A stretch of DNA of 64,000 nucleotides. Origin: a virus. Positions 35,964 to 44,533 of the stretch are shown piece after piece. The stretch is taken from the IMG/VR virus record IMGVR_UViG_3300035183_001163, positions 8,637 through 72,636 of that record, one strand, 5' to 3'. Both the position numbers and the translations under genes were made by a program. The notes under the pieces are model-generated. The model was not told where the DNA came from, ran no database searches, and worked only from the letters and a program-made list of their open reading frames with translations. Position 1 is the stretch's first letter, and each line of letters opens with the position of its first letter.

Positions 35964-36655
35964 ACGTCGTCACTCCCCGAGGGCTCCGGCGCGGCGTCAT
36001 GCAGCCGTGGAGCGAGCCGCACGACGTCCCCTTCACGAAGGACGCCGTGTACCCCTTCCCCGCCGACTACTACGCGCGCCGGACGCCGCGCGGAGAGCGC
36101 CAGTTGAAGTGCCTCGTGTGCGACCGCGTCCTCCTCGAACGCGGATGGGAGGCGCACGTCGAGACGTACCACCACCGCGCCGGCGTCTTCGCGCGAGACG
36201 CGCGCCGCCGCGGGCTTCGGCTTCTCGGGCCGTTCGCGCCGGAGTCGTCGCGGTACGAGGAGTGGCGCGTCGAGGCGTGGATGGACTTGCTGCTCCGCGG
36301 CCGCGTGCGCATCGAGCTGCTCCCGACGCGGACGGCCTTTGGCCGCCGACGCCCGGGGAAGGCGCCCGACCGGCGCGCGGTCTGGGTCCCGTTCTGGGCC
36401 TACAAGCTGCTCGACGGCTCCGGGTACGAGCGCGAAGAGCGCCCGGACATGGTCGGCGGGCCGCTCGTGACGCTGCTCCGGTGGGGGTCGCGCGACGACG
36501 AGACGGGCGCGGCGCTTCTCGCGCTCGCGAAGCTCGTGAACGGGCCGGATGAGTACCGCCAGAAGGTGGTTGAACTCTACGAATCCATACACCTAATTCC
36601 GGCTGGCCGAAAAAAGAGATTCGGAAGACTTGCAAGAGTACGAAGCCGGAATTAG
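35960..36655 (+). CDS. C2H2 Zn-finger + PxW family protein
   Basis: CLVC…WEAHVETYHH; VWVPFWAYKLL…RDDETGAALLAL. Confidence 0.6.
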   Translation: MNVVTPRGLRRGVMQPWSEPHDVPFTKDAVYPFPADYYARRTPRGERQLKCLVCDRVLLERGWEAHVETYHHRAGVFARDARRRGLRLLGPFAPESSRYEEWRVEAWMDLLLRGRVRIELLPTRTAFGRRRPGKAPDRRAVWVPFWAYKLLDGSGYEREERPDMVGGPLVTLLRWGSRDDETGAALLALAKLVNGPDEYRQKVVELYESIHLIPAGRKKRFGRLARVRSRN

Positions 36656-36696
36656 GCTTCTCTGTACGGCCCGAAGCGGCCGCAAAGGAGAGCCCG
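36609..36696 (+). promoter_or_regulatory. repeated promoter cassette, copy 4
   Basis: TTGCAA 36630, 17 bp, TAGGCT 36653, CGGCC/GGCCG hairpin, AAGGAG. Confidence 0.8.
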
Positions 36697-36906
36697 ATGC
36701 CCGTTCCCGTCAGCCACGTTCGCGTCTCGACCAGCCAGTATCGCGCCGCCCACGGCCGCGAGCCCCGCGGCGAGGGGCTCTGGGTCTTCCAGTTCGCCGG
36801 CGAGAGCGTCACCCGCAGCTTCTACGGCTCCTTCCCCGAGGCGCGCCGCGAGGCGACCCGCGCCGCTGCCCGCTACGGCGTCCGCTCGGTGGAGGTGTGC
36901 TCGTGA
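36697..36906 (+). CDS. small hypothetical (early) protein
   Basis: HGREPRGEGLWVF; first gene after promoter copy 4. Confidence 0.65.
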   Translation: MPVPVSHVRVSTSQYRAAHGREPRGEGLWVFQFAGESVTRSFYGSFPEARREATRAAARYGVRSVEVCS

Positions 36907-37532
36907 GCGGCGGGTACGAGAACGCGCCCGCGACGAAGCTCGTCGCGACGTTCTGCGCTTGCTGCTCGCGGCCGCTGGTCGACGCGCTCTCCGTCGAGAC
37001 GGGCGTTGGCCCCGAGTGCCGCAAGAAGCACGGCTTCACCCAGCCCGACGTCGCGGTGGACGTCGTCGCGGTCGTCTCGGCGCTCGCCGCGACGCTCCCC
37101 GTCGACGTCTACATGGAGCTGACCGCGAAGGCGGCGCTCAGCACGGAGGCGCGCGCTTGCGCGAACGTGCTCGTGTACCGCATCGCGTGCGAGCAGGACG
37201 GGCCGCTCGTCGCCGCGTACGTCGCCGCGCTCGACAAGCTGGGCTTCAAGAAGCTCGCGGAGCGCATCGCGCGCCGCATCGGCAAGGTCGAGGTCTTCGA
37301 GGACGGCTCCGGCTTCTGGGTCGTGAAGACGCCGTTCAACGAGACGTTCGTGTCGCTCGTGCGCGGGCTCCCCGGCCGCCGCTACGACGCGGAGAAGAAG
37401 GCCAACCGCATCCCCGTCCCGCAGCTCCCGAGCGAGAAGACGCGCGTGCGCCAGATGCTCTGGGGCGCGCTCAAGCGCTCCTTCCGCGCCGGCACGGTCG
37501 TCTACGGGGACCGCGGCGTCGCGGTGCTCTGA
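36903..37532 (+). CDS. DUF6011-like Zn finger + HARP-like domain protein
   Basis: CACCSRPLVD..S.ETGVGPEC; TPFNETFVSLVRGLPGRRYDAEKK. Confidence 0.6.
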   Translation: MSGGYENAPATKLVATFCACCSRPLVDALSVETGVGPECRKKHGFTQPDVAVDVVAVVSALAATLPVDVYMELTAKAALSTEARACANVLVYRIACEQDGPLVAAYVAALDKLGFKKLAERIARRIGKVEVFEDGSGFWVVKTPFNETFVSLVRGLPGRRYDAEKKANRIPVPQLPSEKTRVRQMLWGALKRSFRAGTVVYGDRGVAVL

Positions 37533-37552
37533 CCGCGCTGCTCGCCGCTCCG

Positions 37553-37587
37553 GCCCACCGTGCTTCGGCGCGGTGGGCATTCGGCGT
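37553..37587 (+). terminator. stable C(UUCG)G hairpin, terminator or stabiliser
   Basis: GCCCACCGTGC-TTCG-GCGCGGTGGGC; only a weak U tail. Confidence 0.5.
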
Positions 37588-37602
37588 CAGAGGACCCCAC
37601 GA

Positions 37603-38094
37603 ATGCCTACCTATGCCGACCGCCTGAACGCCATCGCCGACGAGCTGGAGACGCTCGCGGCCGGCCTGAACACCCATTCGACGGAGTGCGGGAGCTGCGG
37701 CTCGCATCGCTTCGACGCGTACGAGGAGGAGCTGGCCGCGAGGAAGCTGCTCGGCTACGCCGACTCCCTCCGCGGGCTCCGCGACACGCGCACCGGCCGC
37801 AAGAAGGACGGGCCGCTCGCGGCGTTCCTCTCGCGCGAGGCGCCCACCGACCGCGCGAACGCGAAGTGGGACGCGCTCTGGGCGCGGCTCGACGCCGGGG
37901 ACGACATGCTCGCCGTGGCGGAGGACGTCGAGGGGCTCATCCTGAACAACGAGCACACCGCGCCGCGCGCTGCTCGCGTGCTCGCGCGCATCAATCCGTG
38001 GCTCCGGGAGCAGGGCATCGCGCCGGGCCGCCGGACGCTCCAGGACGTGCGCCGGTCGCGCTCGACGTCGCCGGCTCCTCCGTCCAGGGAATAA
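37603..38094 (+). CDS. hypothetical protein
   Basis: RBS GAGGA; CGSC. Confidence 0.55.
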   Translation: MPTYADRLNAIADELETLAAGLNTHSTECGSCGSHRFDAYEEELAARKLLGYADSLRGLRDTRTGRKKDGPLAAFLSREAPTDRANAKWDALWARLDAGDDMLAVAEDVEGLILNNEHTAPRAARVLARINPWLREQGIAPGRRTLQDVRRSRSTSPAPPSRE

Positions 38095-38132
38095 CGGCTC
38101 AGCCGTTGCCGTCCATCGGTCGGAGGACACCT

Positions 38133-38762
38133 ATGCGCACCTACATCGCCATCGCTCTCGCCGCCGCGCTCGTCGCGTGCGGCTCGGACAAGACGGGCTC
38201 CACGGGCTCCGCGACGACGCTCGCGGCTCCGACGTGCGAGCCGCAGAACACGCCGCCGGGTGCCGTCGCGAGCGGCCCGGCCGGCCCCGAGGGGCCGATG
38301 GGACCGCCAGGCCCTCCGGGACCGCCAGGCCCTCCGGGAAAGGACGGCGCGGCCGCAGAGAAGGGAGACCCCGGAGACCCGGGACCGGCCGGCCCGATGG
38401 GTCCGGTGGGGCCGATGGGTCCTCCCGGTCCGCCCGGTGCTCCGGGACCGATGGGTCCGGCGGGCGCCGACGGCACGCAGGTGACTCGCGCGACGGTGTA
38501 CACCGTCAACTCGCCGTCTCCGGCGTTCACGCAGGCCGGCTTCGCCGACGTCTACGCGACGTGCCTCAGCAACAAGGACGTCCTGCTCGCCGGCTCGTGC
38601 GCGACGAGCAATCCCTTCACACTCCCGGTCACGTCGGGCACGTTCTACAACGACGGCGTGAACATGGGCGTCCGCCAGGCATTCCGCTGCCAGGCGCAGC
38701 ACACCGCGGCGGGGGACTCGGTCATCCTCACCGCCATCGCGCGCTGCCTCCAAGTCCCGTAA
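38133..38762 (+). CDS. collagen-like lipoprotein
   Basis: signal with LVAC lipobox; Gly-X-Y repeats; Cys-containing C-terminal domain. Confidence 0.75.
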   Translation: MRTYIAIALAAALVACGSDKTGSTGSATTLAAPTCEPQNTPPGAVASGPAGPEGPMGPPGPPGPPGPPGKDGAAAEKGDPGDPGPAGPMGPVGPMGPPGPPGAPGPMGPAGADGTQVTRATVYTVNSPSPAFTQAGFADVYATCLSNKDVLLAGSCATSNPFTLPVTSGTFYNDGVNMGVRQAFRCQAQHTAAGDSVILTAIARCLQVP

Positions 38763-38792
38763 AGCGCGAGCAGCGCGCGGGAAGAGACTCGC

Positions 38793-39209
38793 ATGAGCGA
38801 CATCCCGGACATCACCGTCGAGCAGCTCCGCGCGCGCTTCGACTGGAAGAAGGTCGAGGCGCCCAAGACGCGGCGCCCGAAGTTCAACGGGGAGGAGCTG
38901 CTCGGCTACTACGGCGGCCGGACGCTCCGCAACGGCCGCTTCGGCCAGTACGAGGTCGCGCTCATCCACGTCCCGAAGCGCGGCTCCTTCATGCTCTCCG
39001 GCGTCCGCCTGATGCAGCTCATCGACGCGGCGCTCATCAGCGAAGGACACCCCATCCGCGTCGTCTGGGGCGGGACGGTGCCCATTCGCGGCTCCGACCC
39101 GGAGGACAAGAAGTACATGAAGATGTACGAGGTGTACGTGGCCGACGGCGAGGTCCTTGAGCAGGCGTTCGTCTCCGCGGCGACACGGCTCGCGGAGCGC
39201 GGCCAGTAA
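38793..39209 (+). CDS. putative OB-fold single-stranded nucleic-acid-binding protein
   Basis: GEEL.GYY…GRFG.Y…G..L…G..IRV.W.G…MK.YEV pattern; fold guess only. Confidence 0.4.
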   Translation: MSDIPDITVEQLRARFDWKKVEAPKTRRPKFNGEELLGYYGGRTLRNGRFGQYEVALIHVPKRGSFMLSGVRLMQLIDAALISEGHPIRVVWGGTVPIRGSDPEDKKYMKMYEVYVADGEVLEQAFVSAATRLAERGQ

Positions 39210-39547
39210 TGCCCTGGCCGCTGCTCCGGGGAATCGACGCGACCGCCATCCGACAGAGCGCGAAGCAGGAGGCCGCGACGACGGAGATGGACCGCCTCGT
39301 CGGCGTCGTCGGCGGGGACGCGCGCCTGAACCAGCTCGCCACCGCGCTGCTCCGCCGCATCATCGCGAAGCAGAACGGCGTGACCGCGGAGTACCTCGCC
39401 AAGCGCTTCGCTCGCGACGCGAGCGGCGACGAGGTGCGCGCGGCGCTCTTCGTCCTCCAGTCGGCGGGGTCCGTCGCGACGTTCCAGGACGCCGGTGAGA
39501 CGTGGTACGTCGGCGGGCCTATCGCGAAGCGGCTCGGGTTCCTCTAG
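39209..39547 (+). CDS. winged-helix family protein
   Basis: GVTAEYLAKRF…DEVRAALFVLQSAGSV…WYV. Confidence 0.6.
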   Translation: MPWPLLRGIDATAIRQSAKQEAATTEMDRLVGVVGGDARLNQLATALLRRIIAKQNGVTAEYLAKRFARDASGDEVRAALFVLQSAGSVATFQDAGETWYVGGPIAKRLGFL

Positions 39548-39869
39548 CGCTCGCGGAGCCCGCCGGGCGCGCGGTACGCTTCGAGGCTTGAAGCGCATCT
39601 ACACGACGTGCCGCGACCTCGCCCTCAAGCTCCAGGATGCCGGCGTCCCCGTCGAGCATCGGCGCGAAGGCCGCGTCCTCCAGTTCTGGTACCCCGCGTG
39701 GGCCGGTCGCGCCCAGCAGCTCATCAAAGCCGCCGGCATCCCTGCTCCGTCGCGCCGCGCGGTGCTCGCGGCGCTCGCCCACGACGCCGACCGGCGCGCG
39801 GCGCTGGAGGCGCTCGACGCCGCCGGCGCGGCCGACCGCGTGCGGCTCTTCCTGCTCTCGCTCGCGTGA
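39495..39869 (+). CDS. hypothetical protein, PxW family (start uncertain)
   Basis: QFWYPAWAGRA…LAHDADRRAALEAL. Confidence 0.55.
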   Translation: MRRGTSAGLSRSGSGSSSARGARRARGTLRGLKRIYTTCRDLALKLQDAGVPVEHRREGRVLQFWYPAWAGRAQQLIKAAGIPAPSRRAVLAALAHDADRRAALEALDAAGAADRVRLFLLSLA

Positions 39870-39882
39870 TACGCTGGCGGCC

Positions 39883-40443
39883 ATGTCCGCCACGTACGAC
39901 TTCATCCAGGCCCGCAACTTCACGCCGGCGGCGCGCCAGCGCATCGACCTCATCGTTATCCACACGATGGAGGCGCCGGAGAAACCGGGGACGGCGCGGA
40001 ACGTCGCGCGGTGGTTCGCCGGCAAGGACGCGCCGCGCGCGAGCGCCCACTACTGCATCGACGACCGCGAGGTCATCCAGTGCGTGAAGGACACCGACGT
40101 CGCGTGGCACGCGCCCGGCGCGAACAGCAACGGCATCGGCCTCGAACACGCGGGCTACGCGCGGCAAAAGCCGGAGGACTGGCTCGACGCGTACTCCCTC
40201 GCGGTGCTGGAGCACTCGGCGGTCATCGCCGCGCAGCTCGTCCTGAAGTGGGACATCCCCGTGTGCAAGCTCACGCCGGAGCAGCTCCAGATGGGCCAGC
40301 GCGGCTTCTGCGGGCACAAGGACGTGACCGACGCCTTCAACAAGGGGCACGGCCACTGGGACCCCGGCCCGCACTTCCCGTGGGAGCGGTACCTCACGCG
40401 CGTCGGTGAACTGACGATGGCTTCGGAGTCTCTCTCCAGGTAG
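39883..40443 (+). CDS. N-acetylmuramoyl-L-alanine amidase (Amidase_2) endolysin
   Basis: IVIHTME, ASAHY, AWHA..N..GIGLE, GHKDV, HWDPGPHFPW. Confidence 0.9.
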   Translation: MSATYDFIQARNFTPAARQRIDLIVIHTMEAPEKPGTARNVARWFAGKDAPRASAHYCIDDREVIQCVKDTDVAWHAPGANSNGIGLEHAGYARQKPEDWLDAYSLAVLEHSAVIAAQLVLKWDIPVCKLTPEQLQMGQRGFCGHKDVTDAFNKGHGHWDPGPHFPWERYLTRVGELTMASESLSR

Positions 40444-40452
40444 AGTGCGCTC

Positions 40453-40689
40453 ATGCACCGCGTCCGCCTCTTCGTCCTCCCGTACGGCGCAGCCCCGAAC
40501 GTCGCGGCCGTCGAGGAGCCCGGCTTCGACATCCCGACGATGGGAGACGACGAAGCGCGCGCGGAGATTCGCTCGCGGCTCGTCGCGCGCGGCTTCACCG
40601 TCCGCGCCGTCTCCGCGAGCGCCGGAGACGCGGGCGCCGCCCAGCCCTACGTCGCCACCGTCGTCGCGCCGAAGCCGGAGGCGTCGTGA
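40453..40689 (+). CDS. small hypothetical protein
   Basis: ATG 6 nt after TAGAGT; coupled to portal. Confidence 0.55.
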   Translation: MHRVRLFVLPYGAAPNVAAVEEPGFDIPTMGDDEARAEIRSRLVARGFTVRAVSASAGDAGAAQPYVATVVAPKPEAS

Positions 40690-43073
40690 CCGCGGCCGCG
40701 CTCCCCGGAGACGCGCTCCTCCAGCCCGAGGAGTTGCGGAAGCGCATCGAGCAGATGACCGAGGGCCGCGAGGCCATCGTGAAGCTCCACGTCCTCGGCC
40801 GCGACGCCGACCGCGCCGGCGTGATGAAGGACGCCGGCCCCGACGGCATCATGGAGTCCAACGCGCTCCCGACCGTCGACGACGTGGAAAAGCGCTTCGC
40901 CAACGCCGGAGCGCTGGAGCCGCCGTACAACCCGAGCACGCTCACCGCGCTCGTGGAGCATTCCAGCGCGCTGCGCCCGAACGTCGACGCGTACGTGACG
41001 AACATCGACGGCTTCGGCCACCGTTTCGAGCCCATCATTGACCTCGACGCGCCCGACGCGCGGCTCCGTGTCGCTCGCGTCATCGAGCTGGAGCGGGAGG
41101 CCGCGCTCGCCGACCCGACGGTCACCGCCGAGCAGGCCGCCACGCTCGTCACGATGGTCGACCCGAACGGGGACGAGGTCACCGCTCGGATGCAGGAGAT
41201 GGCGGAGTCGATGCGCGCGGAGAAGGCGCGCGTGGAACAGTTCTTCAACTTCTGTTGCGAGGACCTCTCCTTCGTCGCGCTCCGTCGCCGGCTCCGCCAG
41301 GACCTCGAAGTCATCGGCAACGGCTACCTCGAAGTCCTCCGCAACGGGCTCGGGGAGGTCGCGGAGTTCACCTACCTGCCGGCGTTCACGATGCGGCTCA
41401 TGCCGCAGGACACGAGCCCGACGGAAGTGACGCTCAAGGTGAAGGCCACCGAGGTTACCTACGTCAAGAAGCCCAAGCGCAAGAAGTTTCGCCGCTTCGT
41501 CCAGGTGTTCGAGCAGTCCACCGTGTTCTTCAAGGAGTATGGGGACCCGCGCGTCATCTCGTCCAAGACGGGCAAGGTGTACGAGAGCGTCGACGTCCTC
41601 AAGGCGGCGGAGGAAGGCGTCTCGCCGGCCACCGAGGTGCTCCACTTCAAGGTCCACTCGCCGCGCTCGTCGTACGGCGTGCCGCGCTGGATTGGCGTGC
41701 TCCTCGCGGTGCTCGGCTCGCGCCAGGCCGAAGAGGTCAACTACCTGTACTTTGAGAACAAGAGCGTCCCGCCGCTCGCGTGTCTCGTCTCCGGCGGCCG
41801 GATGACCGAAGAGTCGGTGAAGCGGCTGGAGAGCTACATCGAGACGGAAATCAAGGGGAAGAAAAACTTTCACAAGATGCTCATCATCGAGGCGGTGAGC
41901 GACGGAGCGGCGAACGCGCTCACGGGCGCCGCCGCGCAGGCGAAGGTGGAGCTGAAGCCGCTCACGGAGGCCCAGAACAAGGACGGCCTCTTCATGGACT
42001 ACGACGAGCGGAACACGGACAAGGTCGGCATGGCCTTCCGGATGCCGCGCCTGCTCCGCGGAGACATCCGCGACTTCAACCGTGCGACGGCGGAGGCCGC
42101 TCTCGAATTCGCGGAGCAGCAGGTGTTCAGCCCCGAGCGCGAGGACTTCGACTTCCTCATCAACCGCAAGCTCTTCTCCGACCTCGGCATCCGTTACTGG
42201 AAGTTCGTCTCCAACGCTCCGTCGATGACGGACCCGCAGCAGCTCGCGACCATCATCCAGCTCCTCGCCGACGCGAGCGTCATCACGCCCGAGGAGGCGC
42301 GACAGATTGCCGAAAAGGTCTTCAACAAGGAGCTGAAGACGCTCGACGCCGCGTGGGTGAAGCAGCCCGTTCAGCTCACGCTCGCCGGCATCCCGGTCGA
42401 GGAGAACGGGGAGCTGCGCGGCCCGTGGGTCGGCGGCGAAGCGGACGAGCTGGTCCCCGACGACGCCGCGGCGCAGAGCATCCTCACGCCGACCGCGATG
42501 GGCAACGTCGTCACGGTCAACGAGGCGCGCGCGGCGGCCGGCCTCGGCCCGAAGCTGCTCCCGGACGGCTCGCCGGACCCGACCGGCGAGATGACCGTGT
42601 CGCAGTACATGTACAGCGGTGGCTTCGGCGGCTTCCCGCCGCCGGCCGGGGGCCTCCCGCCGACCGCGGGGATGGCTGGCGCCATCGCGGCGCGCCACCC
42701 CTACGCGACCGCCGCGCAGCCCGTCGCGACGCCGAAGAGCGACGACGGCGGCCCGAACCTCGGCGCGAACAACGTCCCCGACGTCGGTGGGACGCTCGCC
42801 GGGGCCGACCTCGCCCAGGCCGGCGGCCTCCAGCCCGCGCAGGGCAAGCGCCCGAAGTTCAGGCGCCTCCGTCCGTCGCTCGCCGACAAGGCGCGCGCGC
42901 TGCTCCAGGTCCGTAACGCGCTGCTCGCGGAGGAGTCGAAGCAGGCTCGCGCGGAGTTCATGGCCGCGAAGCGCGCGGAGATGAGCCCCGAGGCGCGCGT
43001 GCGCGCGGCGAAGAGCCTCCTGGCCGACCCCGGCGTCCTCGCGGCCATCTCCGATGACGAGCCCCGCGGCTGA
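40686..43073 (+). CDS. portal protein (PBSX/HK97-like) with C-terminal extension
   Basis: GNGYLEV, EVLHFK…SYGVPRWIG, YFENKSVPP, FRMPRLL, ITPEEAR. Confidence 0.9.
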   Translation: MTAAALPGDALLQPEELRKRIEQMTEGREAIVKLHVLGRDADRAGVMKDAGPDGIMESNALPTVDDVEKRFANAGALEPPYNPSTLTALVEHSSALRPNVDAYVTNIDGFGHRFEPIIDLDAPDARLRVARVIELEREAALADPTVTAEQAATLVTMVDPNGDEVTARMQEMAESMRAEKARVEQFFNFCCEDLSFVALRRRLRQDLEVIGNGYLEVLRNGLGEVAEFTYLPAFTMRLMPQDTSPTEVTLKVKATEVTYVKKPKRKKFRRFVQVFEQSTVFFKEYGDPRVISSKTGKVYESVDVLKAAEEGVSPATEVLHFKVHSPRSSYGVPRWIGVLLAVLGSRQAEEVNYLYFENKSVPPLACLVSGGRMTEESVKRLESYIETEIKGKKNFHKMLIIEAVSDGAANALTGAAAQAKVELKPLTEAQNKDGLFMDYDERNTDKVGMAFRMPRLLRGDIRDFNRATAEAALEFAEQQVFSPEREDFDFLINRKLFSDLGIRYWKFVSNAPSMTDPQQLATIIQLLADASVITPEEARQIAEKVFNKELKTLDAAWVKQPVQLTLAGIPVEENGELRGPWVGGEADELVPDDAAAQSILTPTAMGNVVTVNEARAAAGLGPKLLPDGSPDPTGEMTVSQYMYSGGFGGFPPPAGGLPPTAGMAGAIAARHPYATAAQPVATPKSDDGGPNLGANNVPDVGGTLAGADLAQAGGLQPAQGKRPKFRRLRPSLADKARALLQVRNALLAEESKQARAEFMAAKRAEMSPEARVRAAKSLLADPGVLAAISDDEPRG

Positions 43074-44124
43074 CCTCTACGTCGCGGGCGCCGAAGCGGC
43101 GGAGGACGTGCTCAAGCGCGTCTTCCTCGTCGACGTCCGCAAGGCGCTCGACCCGCTCGACCCCGGCGACTTCCTCGTCATCATCAAGCGGCTCCAGGAC
43201 GCGCTGCTCGGGCTCACCGGCCCCGCCGAAGCCGCTGCGATGGCGCGCGCTCTCGACGCGCTCGACATCGACTGGACGACGGCATCGGCAGAGAAGCAGG
43301 AAGCGGTCATGCGCGCGGCCAACCGCGCGCTCCAAGACACTCCCAAGGCGGTGCTCCCCGCCATCCAGACCACGTTCAAGGGCGCGTACACGCGCGTGGC
43401 CGGCGGCGCGCGCACGAGCGCCAAGGCGACGTTCGGGCTCGACGTGAACGCGAGCCTCACCGTCACGGACAAGAAGGTGGCCGCGCACGCCGCGAAGGCC
43501 CAGGCGCACTACGTCCGCGACGAATACGGGGCGCGCGCGGACAAGGCGAGCGAGCTGGCTCGGAAAGTCGTGGCCGAGGGTCTCAAGAACGGCCTCGGCC
43601 GCGTCGAGATTGGCGGCGAGATTGAAGCCGCGCTCGTGAAGATGAACGTGAACCGCTCGCGGGCCTACTACAACATGGTCAGCAGCGTGTACGCGGGGCG
43701 CGCGCGGCAGTTCGGCTCTCTCCGCGCGTACGAGGACGCGGGCATCGAGCGGTACATGTTCGAGGCCGTGTTGGATGAGGTCACGAGCCTCCAGTGCCGC
43801 TTCATGCACGGCCGCACGTTCGACGTCGTGAACGACCTGAAGCGGTACAAGAAGGTGGCCGCGTCGAGCGACCCCGAGGACGTCCGCTTCATCCAGCCGT
43901 GGGTGAACGTCGGCAAGGACGAGAACGGCGTGGAGTACCTCTACACGAAGAACCGGGACGGCTCGCGCGACCGCCTCGCCGACGTCGTGGATAACGCGGT
44001 CGGCAATCTCGACGACACCGGCTCGTTCAACACGCGCCTCTCCGACGCGCAGCTCCAGGCGAAGGGCTGCACCTGCCCACCGCTGCACGGCAACTGCCGC
44101 TCGACCATCCTCCCGCTCGTGTGA
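43054..44124 (+). CDS. minor head protein (MuF / SPP1 gp7 family)
   Basis: AVLDEVTS..CRFMHGRTF; PPLHGNCRSTI. Confidence 0.85.
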   Translation: MTSPAADLYVAGAEAAEDVLKRVFLVDVRKALDPLDPGDFLVIIKRLQDALLGLTGPAEAAAMARALDALDIDWTTASAEKQEAVMRAANRALQDTPKAVLPAIQTTFKGAYTRVAGGARTSAKATFGLDVNASLTVTDKKVAAHAAKAQAHYVRDEYGARADKASELARKVVAEGLKNGLGRVEIGGEIEAALVKMNVNRSRAYYNMVSSVYAGRARQFGSLRAYEDAGIERYMFEAVLDEVTSLQCRFMHGRTFDVVNDLKRYKKVAASSDPEDVRFIQPWVNVGKDENGVEYLYTKNRDGSRDRLADVVDNAVGNLDDTGSFNTRLSDAQLQAKGCTCPPLHGNCRSTILPLV

Positions 44125-44166
44125 AGGGGATACCGATTCTCTCACGCACGTGATACCGTGCGCAGC

Positions 44167-44499
44167 ATGCACGAACGCGGTGAGGTCGTCCGCTCGCTCG
44201 TCTCCGGTCCCGACTTCGGGCGCATCGTCGTCGCGGTCGTCGCGAGCGTGGAGCTGTCGTTCCTCGACGGCGCGCGCACGACGCGGAGCGAGATTCGGCG
44301 GCGCACGGACATGTGCTGGGACCTCGTGAAGCGCCTCCGCGGTGACCTGAAGTGGTCCGTGCCGAAGATTCTCGACCACCTCACCGCGTATCTCCGATGC
44401 GAGCTGGACGGCATCCCGTACAACCCCGAGGCTACGGGGAACGTCTGGACGCCGGACACGCTCGCGGAGAACGCCGCGGCTTTGACCGGGCGCGGCTGA
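44167..44499 (+). CDS. hypothetical protein
   Basis: ATG 7 nt after TGaTACCGT. Confidence 0.6.
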   Translation: MHERGEVVRSLVSGPDFGRIVVAVVASVELSFLDGARTTRSEIRRRTDMCWDLVKRLRGDLKWSVPKILDHLTAYLRCELDGIPYNPEATGNVWTPDTLAENAAALTGRG

Positions 44500-44533
44500 G
44501 CCTGTACCTTCACCGACGAACAGGAGAACCGAC

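Noticed and set aside
29842-38470. CRISPR array or DGR suggested by repeats (fibre repeats, collagen repeats, promoter copies)
   Set aside because: The repeats are coding and degenerate or dispersed, with no repeat-spacer structure, cas genes, reverse transcriptase or adenine-specific TR/VR pair.
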